DNA of 64,000 nt from Arsenophonus sp. (GCA_031446085.1 CP132901.1:325135-389134); one strand, 5' to 3'. Shown: positions 28,708 through 39,365, numbered from the stretch's first letter. Numbers and translations are program-made. Notes: generated from the sequence alone by a model not told the origin.

Positions 28708-30348
28708 ATGAAAAATATCAATCCCACACACACTTCTATTTGGAAAAAACTAAAAAAAAATTATGAAACAACAAAAAAAATTCATATGTTTGATCTTTTT
28801 AAAAAAGATCAAAATCGTTTTAAAAAATTTTCATTATTATTTAATAATAAAATTTTAATTGACTATTCTAAAAATAGAATAACTGATTCTACATTTAAAT
28901 TGTTACTAAATCTAGCAAAAAATTTAAGAATAGATATTGCAATCAAAGCAATGTTTATTGGAAAAAAAATTAATCAAACAGAAAATCAAGCAGTTTTACA
29001 TATTGCACTAAGGAATATCAAAAATAATCCTATTATATTAAATGGAATTAACATAATGCATGATATTAATCATATTCTCAAAAAAATGGAAAAATTTAGC
29101 AATCAAATTATTAATAGTGAATGGAAAGGATATACTGGAAAATCAATTACAGATATAGTAAATATCGGAATAGGTGGATCACATATTGGACAAAATATGG
29201 TAGTTGAAGCATTAAAACCTTATAAAAATCATTTAAAAATACATTTTTTATCCAATATAGATGGAACACATATTGAAGATATTTTAAACAAAATTTTACC
29301 TGAAAGAACATTATTTCTTATTACTTCTAAAACTTTTAAAACGAAAGAAACTATAATTAACGCAAAAAATGTAAAAAAGTGGTTTTTAAAAATTTCAAAA
29401 AATAAAAAAAGTTTAGAAAAACATTTTATTGCTATTTCAAATAATGAAAAAGAAGTTAATAAATTTGGAATTAATACAAAAAAAAATCTATTTAAAATAT
29501 TTAATTGGATCAATGGTAGATATTCATTATGGTCTGCAATGGGGTTAATTATTGTTTTATCAGTAGGATATAATAATTTTAAAAAATTATTATATGGAGC
29601 TCACGACATGGATGAACACTTCAAAAATAATACTTTTGATCAAAATATTCCTGTAATATTAGCATTAATAAGTATTTGGTATAATAATTTCTTTAAAAGT
29701 GAAACAGAATTAATTCTTCCATATAATCAAAATTTATATCGTTTTTCAGAATATATTCAACAAATAGGTATGGAATCAAATGGGAAGTCTATTGATAGAA
29801 ATGGAAAAAAAATCAATTATCAAACTGGATCTATTATTTGGGGAGGAGTTGGTACAAATTATGAACATACCTTTTGTCAATTAATACATCAAGGAACAAA
29901 ATTAATTCCTTGTGATTTTATAGTTCCTGTTACAAATAACAGTACATATCAAGAAAATAACTATTATTTAATTGCTCATTTTTTATCACAATCTCAAACC
30001 TTAGCATTTGGAAATATTAAAGAAAAAAAATACAAATATATTGACTATTGCTTTAACAAGATAAAAAATTCTATACCTTATAAGAAATTAATTGGCAATA
30101 ATCCAAGTAATACAATTTTATTAAATAAAATTACGCCTTATACTTTAGGAGCATTAATTGCAATGTATGAACACAAAGTATTTATTCAAGGAGCAATATT
30201 AAATATTTTTAGTTTTGATCAATGGGGTATAGAATATGGGAAAAAGATAACCAATTATTTTTTTTCTGTTTTAAAAAAAAAAAAAAATACACATTGTGAT
30301 TCTTCAACCAATGGATTAATAAAATATGTAAAAAACTGGAAAAAATAA
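28708..30348 (+). CDS. pgi: glucose-6-phosphate isomerase
   Basis: 546 aa. DYSKNRIT, GIGGSHIG, FLITSKTFKTKET, QQIGMESNGKS, GTNYEHTFCQLIHQG and FDQWGIEYGK are present. An in-frame A15 run lies at 30273-30287. Confidence 0.95.
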   Translation: MKNINPTHTSIWKKLKKNYETTKKIHMFDLFKKDQNRFKKFSLLFNNKILIDYSKNRITDSTFKLLLNLAKNLRIDIAIKAMFIGKKINQTENQAVLHIALRNIKNNPIILNGINIMHDINHILKKMEKFSNQIINSEWKGYTGKSITDIVNIGIGGSHIGQNMVVEALKPYKNHLKIHFLSNIDGTHIEDILNKILPERTLFLITSKTFKTKETIINAKNVKKWFLKISKNKKSLEKHFIAISNNEKEVNKFGINTKKNLFKIFNWINGRYSLWSAMGLIIVLSVGYNNFKKLLYGAHDMDEHFKNNTFDQNIPVILALISIWYNNFFKSETELILPYNQNLYRFSEYIQQIGMESNGKSIDRNGKKINYQTGSIIWGGVGTNYEHTFCQLIHQGTKLIPCDFIVPVTNNSTYQENNYYLIAHFLSQSQTLAFGNIKEKKYKYIDYCFNKIKNSIPYKKLIGNNPSNTILLNKITPYTLGALIAMYEHKVFIQGAILNIFSFDQWGIEYGKKITNYFFSVLKKKKNTHCDSSTNGLIKYVKNWKK

Positions 30349-30363
30349 TTAATTTAAAAAATT

Positions 30364-31256
30364 ATGAAATTTTTAACATTTAAAAAAAAAATTAAAAAAA
30401 ATAAATTTGTAAAAAAAATTTATCCTTATTTATCCTTGATAAGAATCAATAATCCTACAGGAATTTTTCTATTATTATGGCCAACTTATTGGGCATTATG
30501 GTTATCTAGTAATGGAATGCCTGAAAAAAAAAAATTATTATATTTACTCTTGGTAGTATTTTAACAAGAAGTGCAGGATGTATTATTAATGATTGTATAG
30601 ATAAAAATATTGATAAGCATATTCCTAGAACTAAAAAAAGACCATTAGTAATAAAAAAAATAAAAATTAAAAATGCATTAATATTATATTTATTTTTAAT
30701 TTTTCTATCATTTTTTTTGGTATTACAATTAAATCGAATGTCTATTTTTTTATCATTAATATCATTATCATTAATGATATTATATCCTTATACAAAAAGA
30801 ATTACTTATTTCCCTCAAATAATATTAGGATGTACATTTAGTATGTCAATACTAATAGTGTATATTTCTAATAATCTATTTTTCCCTGTAGAATCTTGGT
30901 TGTTATTTATAACAAATATTATATGGATTATTATATATGATACCCAATACGCAACAACAGATATGAAATATGATATTATTATATCTATTAAATCTACGGC
31001 TATATTATTTGGAAAAAAAAATAGAAAAATAATTTTATATTTTCAATGTTTAATGATTTTCTCTTTAATATATATAGGATATTATTTAAAATTAAATTAT
31101 ATTTTCTTTATTCATTTAATTATAGCAGGATTAATTTTTCTATATCAACAAAAATTGATGAAAAAAAATAACCAAAACGCATATTTAAAAGCATTCAAAA
31201 GTAACCAATATGTCGGATTAATTATTTTTATTGGAATATTTCTTAATTTTTTATAA
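30364..31256 (+). CDS. ubiA: 4-hydroxybenzoate octaprenyltransferase UbiA, interrupted by a frameshift in an A11 run (either a pseudogene or rescued by slippage)
   Basis: Frame 1 (30364-30564) gives ...[17 protein letters not shown]...GMPEKKK and then stops. The frame that is open from 30525 to 31256 gives [38 protein letters not shown]...[10 protein letters not shown]...STAILFG..., collinear with E. coli UbiA. One extra A in 30524-30534 joins the two frames with exactly the E. coli spacing. Confidence 0.85.
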
Positions 31257-33687
31257 AATATTTTGAATTTTTTATAATTAAATATATTTCAAAAGAAATC
31301 AATTTAGAAATGACTTTATATAAAGAAGATATGTTATTAGTAACTAATAAATTACCTTTTCTATTAACATACTTTTCTTTCATTAAAGTATCTATTAACT
31401 TTGAAAAAATACTTTTGTCAAAAAATTCAGGAGAATTAATTCCATATAATATAGATAAACGATGTGCTAATATTTGACTTTGTTTTTCTAAAATCAATCT
31501 GTTATAAACAGATTGATTACTTAACAAAGATAATGTAATAGCGTAACGTTGTAATATTTCTTTTATACTTGATGCTAAAGTTTGTAACAATCTTAATCGA
31601 TTTGGATTAATAATAAAAGATTGTTCTTCTTTTTTTAAAAATATTATTTTTTGTTTTTTTAATTCATTAATAATTATTTCTATAATTTTATGCAATTCTT
31701 TTCTCTGATATCGCATAAAGAGTTCTGCTTTTAAAAATGGATAAATTAAATTAGTTTGATATTTAATAACACTAATTTTAATATTACCATTATAATATAT
31801 AATTATACTAGAAACTAATGCTGGTAAAGCAATCAAATGAATAATATTATTTCTATAATAAGTCATAAAAACTGCATTATTTCTTGAAAGAAAAATAATA
31901 TCTCCAATATTATCTCTCTCAATATGAAATTTTTTAGATAATAATGCATCTTCTAAAATTAATTTAGCATTTTTATTAGGTATAGTTATGTATTGACTAT
32001 ATGGAATATTTTTAAAAATTTTTAAATAACATTCAATTTGTTCTATTAATTCTTCTCTAGTTAATGCTCTTTGAAATGAAGATAATAAAATTATACTACA
32101 TAAATTTATTGCATTTAATGCAGCAGCATTATTAATATGAGTCATAATTTTATAAGCTAATTTTGATGAGACTATATTTAACCAAATAGGACGATGATAT
32201 ACAAAAGAATTAATAGATTTACGCCATTTAGGAACATGGATATCTAAATATTGATTCAACAAAATTGGCTTTCCAAAATTTACATATCCTTGTCCTAAAT
32301 TTTTTAATTTCAATAAAGCTTTTAACATTAAAAAAAATCCCTCTTTTTTTTTGGTAGCTCCTTTTAATTCCTTAGAATATGTAGAAACTTCTAAAACATT
32401 TTCATATCCAATATAAATAGGCACAATTGAAATGACGCGAGTATCACTATTTAAAATTCCTTGAATTGTCATAGATAACGTTCCGGTTTTTGGATCTAAT
32501 AATCTACCAGTTCTAGATCTTTTTCCTTCAATAAAAAATTCTACAGAATATCCACGAAAAAATAATTCATTAAGATATTCACGAAATATAATAGAATATA
32601 ACTTATTATATCCAAAAGATCTTCTAATAAAAAAAGCTCCTAACCTACGAAAGATATTTCCAATAGGCCAAAAATTTAAATTGTTTCCTGCAATAATATG
32701 AGGTGGTACCAATCCTTGATGATATAATATGTAAGAAAGCAATAAATAGTCCATATGACTTCTGTGAGATGGAATATAAATAATTTCATATCCATCTTGA
32801 GCTAATTTTCGAACACGTTCTATATGATTCACATGAATACCTTGATAAAAACGATTCCAAGTCCAACTCAAAACTCTATCTGTAATACGAATAGTTTCAT
32901 ATGAAAAATTAGCAGCTATTTCTTTTAAAATTTTTTTTGCTTGTTTTTGTACTTTTAAAATATTAATTTTTTTTACTTTAGCTTCATCAGACATAACTTT
33001 TTTTATGATATTAGATTTTAAAATTTTATTAAATAAGTCTTGTCTAATCGGTAATTTAGGACCAATCGAAGCTAATCTTTGACGCGAATAATGAATACGT
33101 GCTACTCGAATTAATTTTTTAGTAATAATTTTATCTGTACCATATTTTTTAGCAATCTGTGATAATGACACAATAGGAGAAAATCGAATAAAAGTATCGC
33201 GTCCTAACCAAATAATTGAAAAAAATTTTTGAACTTTATTTAAAAATTTTAAAATAGGTATCGTTAAATGCGATTCTCTTCCTGGTGATCTACCAAACAT
33301 AACTGAAACTGGTAATAATTGAACATTTAAATTTTTATTTTTAAAATGCAAATCTAGATATGAAATAAATATTTTTACTGAATCCATTTTATAAAGAGAT
33401 AATAAATAACTGAAAATATAAGATTTATCATCTATAAAAATATACGAAGGTAATTTTTTTTTTTTAATTATATTTTTATCAAACGGATCAGGTAATCCAA
33501 TACATTTACATTGATATCTTAATGTAAATAAATCCATATAAGAACGATAAGGTAATACATATAAAAAAGGACGTTTTAAATCAAAAGATAACTCTTTAAT
33601 AGGATTTTTTGGTATTAATTTACTTTTTATAAAAAAATTCATAATAAAATTTATTATATTAAAAATACATTTTAACCATTTTAACAT
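31243..33687 (-). CDS. plsB: glycerol-3-phosphate 1-O-acyltransferase
   Basis: 814 aa. The HRSHMDYLLLSYILYHQGLVPPHI acyltransferase motif, FFIRRSF, EGKRSRTGRLLDPKTGTLSM and YINFG-like GYVNFGKP are present. It converges on ubiA as in E. coli, with a 14-nt 3' overlap. Confidence 0.95.
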   Translation of the reverse strand: MLKWLKCIFNIINFIMNFFIKSKLIPKNPIKELSFDLKRPFLYVLPYRSYMDLFTLRYQCKCIGLPDPFDKNIIKKKKLPSYIFIDDKSYIFSYLLSLYKMDSVKIFISYLDLHFKNKNLNVQLLPVSVMFGRSPGRESHLTIPILKFLNKVQKFFSIIWLGRDTFIRFSPIVSLSQIAKKYGTDKIITKKLIRVARIHYSRQRLASIGPKLPIRQDLFNKILKSNIIKKVMSDEAKVKKINILKVQKQAKKILKEIAANFSYETIRITDRVLSWTWNRFYQGIHVNHIERVRKLAQDGYEIIYIPSHRSHMDYLLLSYILYHQGLVPPHIIAGNNLNFWPIGNIFRRLGAFFIRRSFGYNKLYSIIFREYLNELFFRGYSVEFFIEGKRSRTGRLLDPKTGTLSMTIQGILNSDTRVISIVPIYIGYENVLEVSTYSKELKGATKKKEGFFLMLKALLKLKNLGQGYVNFGKPILLNQYLDIHVPKWRKSINSFVYHRPIWLNIVSSKLAYKIMTHINNAAALNAINLCSIILLSSFQRALTREELIEQIECYLKIFKNIPYSQYITIPNKNAKLILEDALLSKKFHIERDNIGDIIFLSRNNAVFMTYYRNNIIHLIALPALVSSIIIYYNGNIKISVIKYQTNLIYPFLKAELFMRYQRKELHKIIEIIINELKKQKIIFLKKEEQSFIINPNRLRLLQTLASSIKEILQRYAITLSLLSNQSVYNRLILEKQSQILAHRLSILYGINSPEFFDKSIFSKLIDTLMKEKYVNRKGNLLVTNNISSLYKVISKLISFEIYLIIKNSKYFIKN

Positions 33688-33806
33688 TAATAAAAATGCT
33701 CCAATAAAAACAAAAAATTTATACTAATACCTAATAGTATTACTAAAAAGTTATTTTTAAATTCTAAAAAATATTAAATATTACTTAACATTTTTAAAAA
33801 TTCTAT

Positions 33807-33832
33807 AATAGTTTAGTTTAAACTAAACTATT
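33807..33832 (-). terminator. candidate terminator downstream of miaB (26-nt perfect palindrome)
   Basis: AATAGTTTAGTTT/AAACTAAACTATT is a 13-bp stem lying 36 nt past the miaB stop. A T-rich stretch follows on the minus strand. Confidence 0.45.
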
Positions 33833-33867
33833 CATGAAAATTAAATATATCAGTCTATTAATAAATA

Positions 33868-35190
33868 TTAAATTAATTCTCCATTTAAACTATGTAATTT
33901 ATAACCAGTAATTTTTAATTTTACAAATTTTCCAATCATATCAAAAGAACCATCAAAAACAACAATACGATTATTTTCTGTACGGGCACAAAGTTTATTT
34001 TTATTTTTACGAGATAATCCTTCAACTAAAACATTTTGAATAGTTCCTAACATCATTTTGCTATAAAAAAATGATTTTTCATTAATTTTATTTTGTAAAA
34101 TTGAAAGACGTTCTTTTTTTGTTTCTAAAGTAATATTATCTTCTAATTTAGATGCTGCAGTTCCAGGTCTAGCAGAATATATAAAACTATAACTCATATC
34201 AAAACAAATATCTTCAACTAATTCAATTGTTTTTTTAAAATCCCGTTCAGTTTCACCAGGAAAACCAACAATAAAATCTGAACTAATTAAAATATTAGAA
34301 CGTGCTATTCTTAATTTTTCAATAATTTTTTTATATTCATTAATAGTATATAATCTTCTCATTAATCTTAAAATACGATCTGAACCACTTTGTACTGGAA
34401 GATGTAAAAAACTTACAATTTTTGGTATATGCTTAAAAGCATCAATAATATCATCTGTAAATTCAAAAGGATGACTAGTCGTAAAACGAATTCTTTTAAC
34501 CTTATCAATTGAAGAAATTAAATATAGTAATTCTGAAAATGAACAAGTTTTTCCATTAAAACTTTTACCATAATAAGAATTAACATTTTGTCCTAATAAA
34601 TGTATTTCTTTAACACCTTGTTCAGTCAATTCTATTATTTCTAATAAAATATCATCACATGATCTACTAACTTCTGGTCCACGAGTGTACGGAACTATAC
34701 AAAATGAACAATATTTATTACATCCTTCCATGATAGAAACATATGCAGAAACACTATTTGCTATTGGTTTTGGTAAATTATCAAATTTTTCTATTGCAGG
34801 AAAAGAAATATCTATAACAGAATTATTACTCATTTTCTTTTTTTCAATCATGAATGGTAATCGTTGTAAAGTTTGAGGACCAAAAATTATATCGATATAT
34901 GGCGTTCTTTTTAATAAAAATTTACCTTCTTGAGATGCAACACAACCGCCAACTGCTATAATAACCTTTGGATTCTTTTGCTTTATTTTTTTCCATCTTC
35001 CTAATTGATGAAACAATTTTTCCTGAGCTTTATCTCTAATAGAACATGTATTAAGAATCAATACATCAGCTTGTTTATATGAATCGGTTTTTTGATAACC
35101 ACCATATTCATGTAATATATCAATAATTTTATCCGAATCATATTCATTCATCTGACAACCCCAAGTTTTAATATAAATTTTTTTAACCAT
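33868..35190 (-). CDS. miaB: tRNA-2-methylthio-N6-dimethylallyladenosine synthase
   Basis: [30 protein letters not shown] (radical SAM), [14 protein letters not shown] and a TRAM domain are present. It is adjacent to ubiF as in E. coli. Confidence 0.94.
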   Translation of the reverse strand: MVKKIYIKTWGCQMNEYDSDKIIDILHEYGGYQKTDSYKQADVLILNTCSIRDKAQEKLFHQLGRWKKIKQKNPKVIIAVGGCVASQEGKFLLKRTPYIDIIFGPQTLQRLPFMIEKKKMSNNSVIDISFPAIEKFDNLPKPIANSVSAYVSIMEGCNKYCSFCIVPYTRGPEVSRSCDDILLEIIELTEQGVKEIHLLGQNVNSYYGKSFNGKTCSFSELLYLISSIDKVKRIRFTTSHPFEFTDDIIDAFKHIPKIVSFLHLPVQSGSDRILRLMRRLYTINEYKKIIEKLRIARSNILISSDFIVGFPGETERDFKKTIELVEDICFDMSYSFIYSARPGTAASKLEDNITLETKKERLSILQNKINEKSFFYSKMMLGTIQNVLVEGLSRKNKNKLCARTENNRIVVFDGSFDMIGKFVKLKITGYKLHSLNGELI

Positions 35191-35318
35191 TTTTTACCTC
35201 AAATAAATAATTATGTTAAATTTTAATTGATTAATTCTTATTAATAAAACATTATACCTATATAAACCGTAATATAATAAAATTGTATGTACTATTTTTA
35301 TTTTTTATTTCTATATAT

Positions 35319-36506
35319 ATGAACAATAAAAAAAATATAAACATTGTCATAATAGGAGGTGGAATTTTAGGTTCTACAATTGCACTTGCCTTAGCTCAAA
35401 AAGGATGGAATATATTAATTATAGAAAAAAATAAATTTAAAAATTTGAAAATTCAAAATGAACCATATTTACGCGTTTCTGCATTAAATTATCAATCTAT
35501 TCAATTTTTTAAAAAAATCAATATATGGCATGAAATTTTAAAAATAAATCGATATCAATCATATAAGACAATAAAAATTTTAGAAAATAAAAAAACAATT
35601 CTTAATTTTCAATCTAAAAATATTCAAATACCTGTTATGGGTTATATTATCGAAAATAATATATTACAAAAAATATTGTTAAAAAACCTCATAAAAAAAC
35701 AAAACGTTTCTTTAAAATATTCAAATAAATCAATAAATTTAAACTATAAAAAAAAAAAATGGGAAATTATTATTAATAATAAAAAAATTTTCACTGATTT
35801 TATTATAGGAGCAGATGGAAAATTCTCCGAATTAAGCAATATTATTGGAATTAGAAATTATGGTTTTCAATATGAACAATCATGTTTATTAATTATAATA
35901 AAAATAAATCAAATCATCAAAAAAGATATTGTTTGGCAAGAATTTACTTCAACTGGACCACGTGCCTTTTTACCATTATTTGATGCTTATGCATGTTTAA
36001 TTTGGTATGAACATCCTAAAAAAATAAAAGATTTAAAAAATATGACAAATAAAAAATTAAAAGAAAAAATTAGAAAAAAATTTAAAAATGAATTAAATAA
36101 TATAAAAATAATCAAAAAAGATTCATTCCCACTCTTTTTTTATCATGCAAGTCACTATATAAAAAATGGAATAGCACTAATTGGAGATGCTGCACATACT
36201 ATACATCCCTTGGCAGGTCAAGGAATTAATTTAGGATTACGTGATATTAATACATTAGTCAATACATTAAATTACATTAAAAAAAACTCTTTATCCATAA
36301 ATAATAAAAAGAATTTTTATTTATATGAAAAAAAAAGAAAACAAGATTTTTTATTAATGCAATCAAGTATTACAATTATAGATTTTTTATTTAAATCTAA
36401 TTTTCAATTAGTATCAAATATTAAAGAAGTATTATTTAATTTTTTAAATAAAAGTAATTTACTAAAAAATCAAATTTTAAAATACGCACTAGGATTGTAT
36501 TTTTAA
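35319..36506 (+). CDS. ubiF: FAD-dependent ubiquinone-biosynthesis hydroxylase (UbiF type)
   Basis: IVIIGGGILGSTIALALAQKG, GADGKFS, GPRAFLPLFD and GDAAHTIHPLAGQGINLGLRD are present, and C-terminal LKYALGL equals the E. coli UbiF end. Pairing with miaB supports ubiF over ubiH/ubiI. ATG 35319 fits the homolog length better than TTG 35283. Confidence 0.8.
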   Translation: MNNKKNINIVIIGGGILGSTIALALAQKGWNILIIEKNKFKNLKIQNEPYLRVSALNYQSIQFFKKINIWHEILKINRYQSYKTIKILENKKTILNFQSKNIQIPVMGYIIENNILQKILLKNLIKKQNVSLKYSNKSINLNYKKKKWEIIINNKKIFTDFIIGADGKFSELSNIIGIRNYGFQYEQSCLLIIIKINQIIKKDIVWQEFTSTGPRAFLPLFDAYACLIWYEHPKKIKDLKNMTNKKLKEKIRKKFKNELNNIKIIKKDSFPLFFYHASHYIKNGIALIGDAAHTIHPLAGQGINLGLRDINTLVNTLNYIKKNSLSINNKKNFYLYEKKRKQDFLLMQSSITIIDFLFKSNFQLVSNIKEVLFNFLNKSNLLKNQILKYALGLYF

Positions 36507-37402
36507 TTTAACAAATATGAACAATAATTTTTCCATTTTAATTTTACTAAATCATGATCATAATTTTTCGTAATAATTAAATTTGCTTTTTTTTTAGTTA
36601 ATATAATATTTTCTTCTAAATTTACTTTATTAACATTTTCCCATATAAAAGTCGCGATGCCAATGATTTCATTTAAATTAAATTTAGAATAACGATAATA
36701 ATAACTATTAGGATCAGAAAAATAACAAAATTCTAAAAATCTATTAATATACCAAACTTTTAAAAAATAATCAGGTGCATCAATATAAATTGAAAAATCA
36801 AAAAAATTGGATGTGAAAATATTTTCGTTTAAATAATTTGTATAATCTTGAAAAATATTTAATCCTTCTACTATTAAAATATCTGGTTGTATAAAAGCTT
36901 GTTTTTTATTTTGAATAATATTATAATATTTATGAGAATAAATCGGGGCAAATACTTTCTTATTCCCTAATTTCATATTAACAATAAATTTTATTAAATG
37001 ATTTATATCATATGACTGAGGAAATCCTTTTTTATTAAGTATATTTAACGTATTAAGAATATCATTGGAATACAAAAAACAATCTGTGGTAATTAAATCT
37101 ACTTTTGGACGATTAGGAAAATTACTTAAAAATTGCCTTAATAATCTCGCAATAGTAGTTTTCCCAGAAGCAACACTACCAGTAATTCCAATAATATATG
37201 GTACTTTGTACGTATAACCATAGTTGCGTTTTTTAAAAATATTTTTTTGTTTTTTATTAAAATTAATATAATTAATATTCAACATTTTTGACAAAAGAAA
37301 ATATTTTTTAATTATTTTTTTAAAAATAAATTTTCGATTTTTTTGTATAAAACTAGAGAATATTTTATAATTAGTTTCACTAAAAAGATTATTAAATTTC
37401 AT
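36503..37402 (-). CDS. coaA: type I pantothenate kinase
   Basis: It has the P-loop GITGSVASGKTT, plus ITTDCFLY, KKGFPQSYD, PDILIVEGLN and WYINRFLEF. It is followed by thrU-tyrU-glyT-thrT-tuf as in E. coli. Confidence 0.92.
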   Translation of the reverse strand: MKFNNLFSETNYKIFSSFIQKNRKFIFKKIIKKYFLLSKMLNINYINFNKKQKNIFKKRNYGYTYKVPYIIGITGSVASGKTTIARLLRQFLSNFPNRPKVDLITTDCFLYSNDILNTLNILNKKGFPQSYDINHLIKFIVNMKLGNKKVFAPIYSHKYYNIIQNKKQAFIQPDILIVEGLNIFQDYTNYLNENIFTSNFFDFSIYIDAPDYFLKVWYINRFLEFCYFSDPNSYYYRYSKFNLNEIIGIATFIWENVNKVNLEENIILTKKKANLIITKNYDHDLVKLKWKNYCSYLLN

Positions 37403-37578
37403 AACATAGTTTATTTTATTTTTTTAAAAAAAAATTCAAAAAATTAAAAATTTTATAAAAATCTTTAAAAAATAATAAATTGTATATATAATTTGTTTAA
37501 ATATATTTATTTTTAAAATATTATAACAAATTATATTAGTAATTATCATTTTAATTGTTTTCATTTTATTAAAAAAAT

Positions 37579-37651
<73 letters not shown>

Positions 37652-37682
37652 ATTTTATATTATATATAAAAATAATAATTTC

Positions 37683-37764
37683 GGTGGGGTTCCCGAGTGG
37701 CTAAAGGGAGCAGACTGTAAATCTGCCGTCTGAGACTTCGAAGGTTCGAATCCTTCCCCCACCA
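37683..37764 (+). tRNA. tyrU: tRNA-Tyr (anticodon GUA), long variable arm
   Basis: GGTGGGGTTCCCGAGTGG...ACTGTAAATC...GAAGGTTCGAATCCTTCCCCCACCA. The acceptor is GGTGGGG/CCCCACC, and AAT follows the discriminator, so CCA is not encoded. Confidence 0.92.
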
Positions 37765-37826
37765 AATAATTTTGTTGATATAATTATGTAGTTTATTTTT
37801 ATATATTAATTTTAAACAAATATATA

Positions 37827-37898
37827 GCGGATATGGTATAATGGTTATTATCTCAGCCTTCCAAGCTGATGATGCGGGTTCAAATCCCGCTATCCGCT
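37827..37898 (+). tRNA. glyT: tRNA-Gly (anticodon UCC)
   Basis: GCGGATA...CCTTCCAAG...GCGGGTTCAAATCCCGCTATCCGCT, with discriminator U as in E. coli glyT. No encoded CCA. Confidence 0.9.
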
Positions 37899-37913
37899 AA
37901 AAAAATATATAGG

Positions 37914-37986
37914 GCTGATATAGCTTAGTAGGTAGAGCACATCCTTGGTATGGATGAGGTCGGCAGTTCAATTCTGCCTATCAGCA
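37914..37986 (+). tRNA. thrT: tRNA-Thr (anticodon GGU)
   Basis: GCTGATATAGCTTAGTAGGTAGAGC...CCTTGGTATGG...GGCAGTTCAATTCTGCCTATCAGCA. No encoded CCA. Confidence 0.9.
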
Positions 37987-38100
37987 CTAATATATGAATA
38001 AATAAGATTTATAATTAAATACATAAAAAAATTATCGTTTAATTCATTTTTTTAATAAAAAGAGTTAAATAATAATTAAATATTTAAAGGTAAAAATATA

Positions 38101-39285
38101 ATGTCTAAAGAAAAATTTCAACGTTCAAAACCACATCTTAACGTTGGTACAATTGGTCATGTTGATCATGGTAAAACTACTCTAACATCAGCTATAACCA
38201 CTGTATTAGCTAAAAAATATGGAGGTAATGCATTTGCTTTTGAACAAATAGATAATGCACCAGAAGAAAAAGCTAGAGGTATTACTATTTCAACATCTCA
38301 TGTAGAATATGATACTTCTTTAAGACATTATGCTCATGTAGATTGTCCAGGACATGCTGATTATATAAAAAATATGATTACTGGAGCAGCACAAATGGAT
38401 GGAGCAATATTAGTTGTAGCTGCAACAGATGGACCAATGCCTCAAACTCGTGAACATATATTATTAGCTAGACAAGTTGGTGTACCTTATATCGTGGTAT
38501 TTTTAAATAAATGCGACATGGTAGATGATAAAGAATTACTTGAACTTGTCGAAATAGAAGTTCGAGAATTACTTACACAATATAATTTTCCTGGAGATAA
38601 AACACCAATTATTCAAGGATCTGCTTTAAAAGCTTTAGATGGTATTCAAGAATGGGAAGAAAAAATTTTACAACTTACAAATGCATTAGATGAATATATT
38701 CCAGAACCAGTTAGAGCTATTAATAAACCTTTTCTTTTACCTATTGAAGATGTTTTTTCTATATCTGGAAGAGGAACTGTAGTAACTGGAAGGATCGAAA
38801 CTGGAATTGTAAAAGTTGGATCTGAAATCGAAATAGTTGGCTTAAAAAAAACTACTAAGACAATATGTACTGGAGTAGAAATGTTTCGAAAATTATTAGA
38901 TGAAGGAAGAGCTGGTGAAAATGTAGGAATTTTATTAAGAGGAACAAAAAGAGAAGAAGTTGAACGAGGTCAAGTCTTAGCAGAACCTAATTCTATTAAG
39001 CCATACACTAAATTTGATTCAGAAGTATATATCCTAAAAAAAGAAGAAGGAGGTCGACATACACCATTTTTTAACGGATATCGACCACAATTCTATTTCA
39101 GAACTACCGATGTTACTGGAACAATAAAATTAAAAGAAAATGTTGAAATGGTTATGCCTGGAGATAATATACATATGCAAGTTACTTTAATAGCACCTAT
39201 TGCCATGGATGTTGGTTTAAGATTTGCTATTAGAGAAGGAGGACATACAGTTGGAGCAGGATTAGTAACTAATATTATTGAATAA
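38101..39285 (+). CDS. tuf: elongation factor Tu
   Basis: 394 aa. [37 protein letters not shown] and NKCD are present. The protein is very close to E. coli EF-Tu, and the DNA is locally much less AT-rich. Confidence 0.98.
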   Translation: MSKEKFQRSKPHLNVGTIGHVDHGKTTLTSAITTVLAKKYGGNAFAFEQIDNAPEEKARGITISTSHVEYDTSLRHYAHVDCPGHADYIKNMITGAAQMDGAILVVAATDGPMPQTREHILLARQVGVPYIVVFLNKCDMVDDKELLELVEIEVRELLTQYNFPGDKTPIIQGSALKALDGIQEWEEKILQLTNALDEYIPEPVRAINKPFLLPIEDVFSISGRGTVVTGRIETGIVKVGSEIEIVGLKKTTKTICTGVEMFRKLLDEGRAGENVGILLRGTKREEVERGQVLAEPNSIKPYTKFDSEVYILKKEEGGRHTPFFNGYRPQFYFRTTDVTGTIKLKENVEMVMPGDNIHMQVTLIAPIAMDVGLRFAIREGGHTVGAGLVTNIIE

Positions 39286-39324
39286 TATAATAAATTATTT
39301 ATTAAATAATAAATAACATGCAAA

Positions 39325-39361
39325 ATGCATACTATATTATGCATCATAATATAGTATGCAT
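39325..39361. terminator. 17-bp perfect hairpin between the convergent tuf and ppa genes (candidate bidirectional terminator)
   Basis: ATGCATACTATATTATG / CAT / CATAATATAGTATGCAT has no mismatches and includes 4 G:C pairs. It lies 39 nt after the tuf stop and 4 nt after the ppa stop. Confidence 0.6.
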
Positions 39362-39365
39362 AATT

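Noticed and set aside
30717-31256. A 179-aa ORF listed as a separate gene.
   Set aside because: It is the C-terminal two thirds of ubiA. Its frame is open back to 30525 and homologous to UbiA throughout, so the TTG at 30717 is an internal Leu codon rather than a start.
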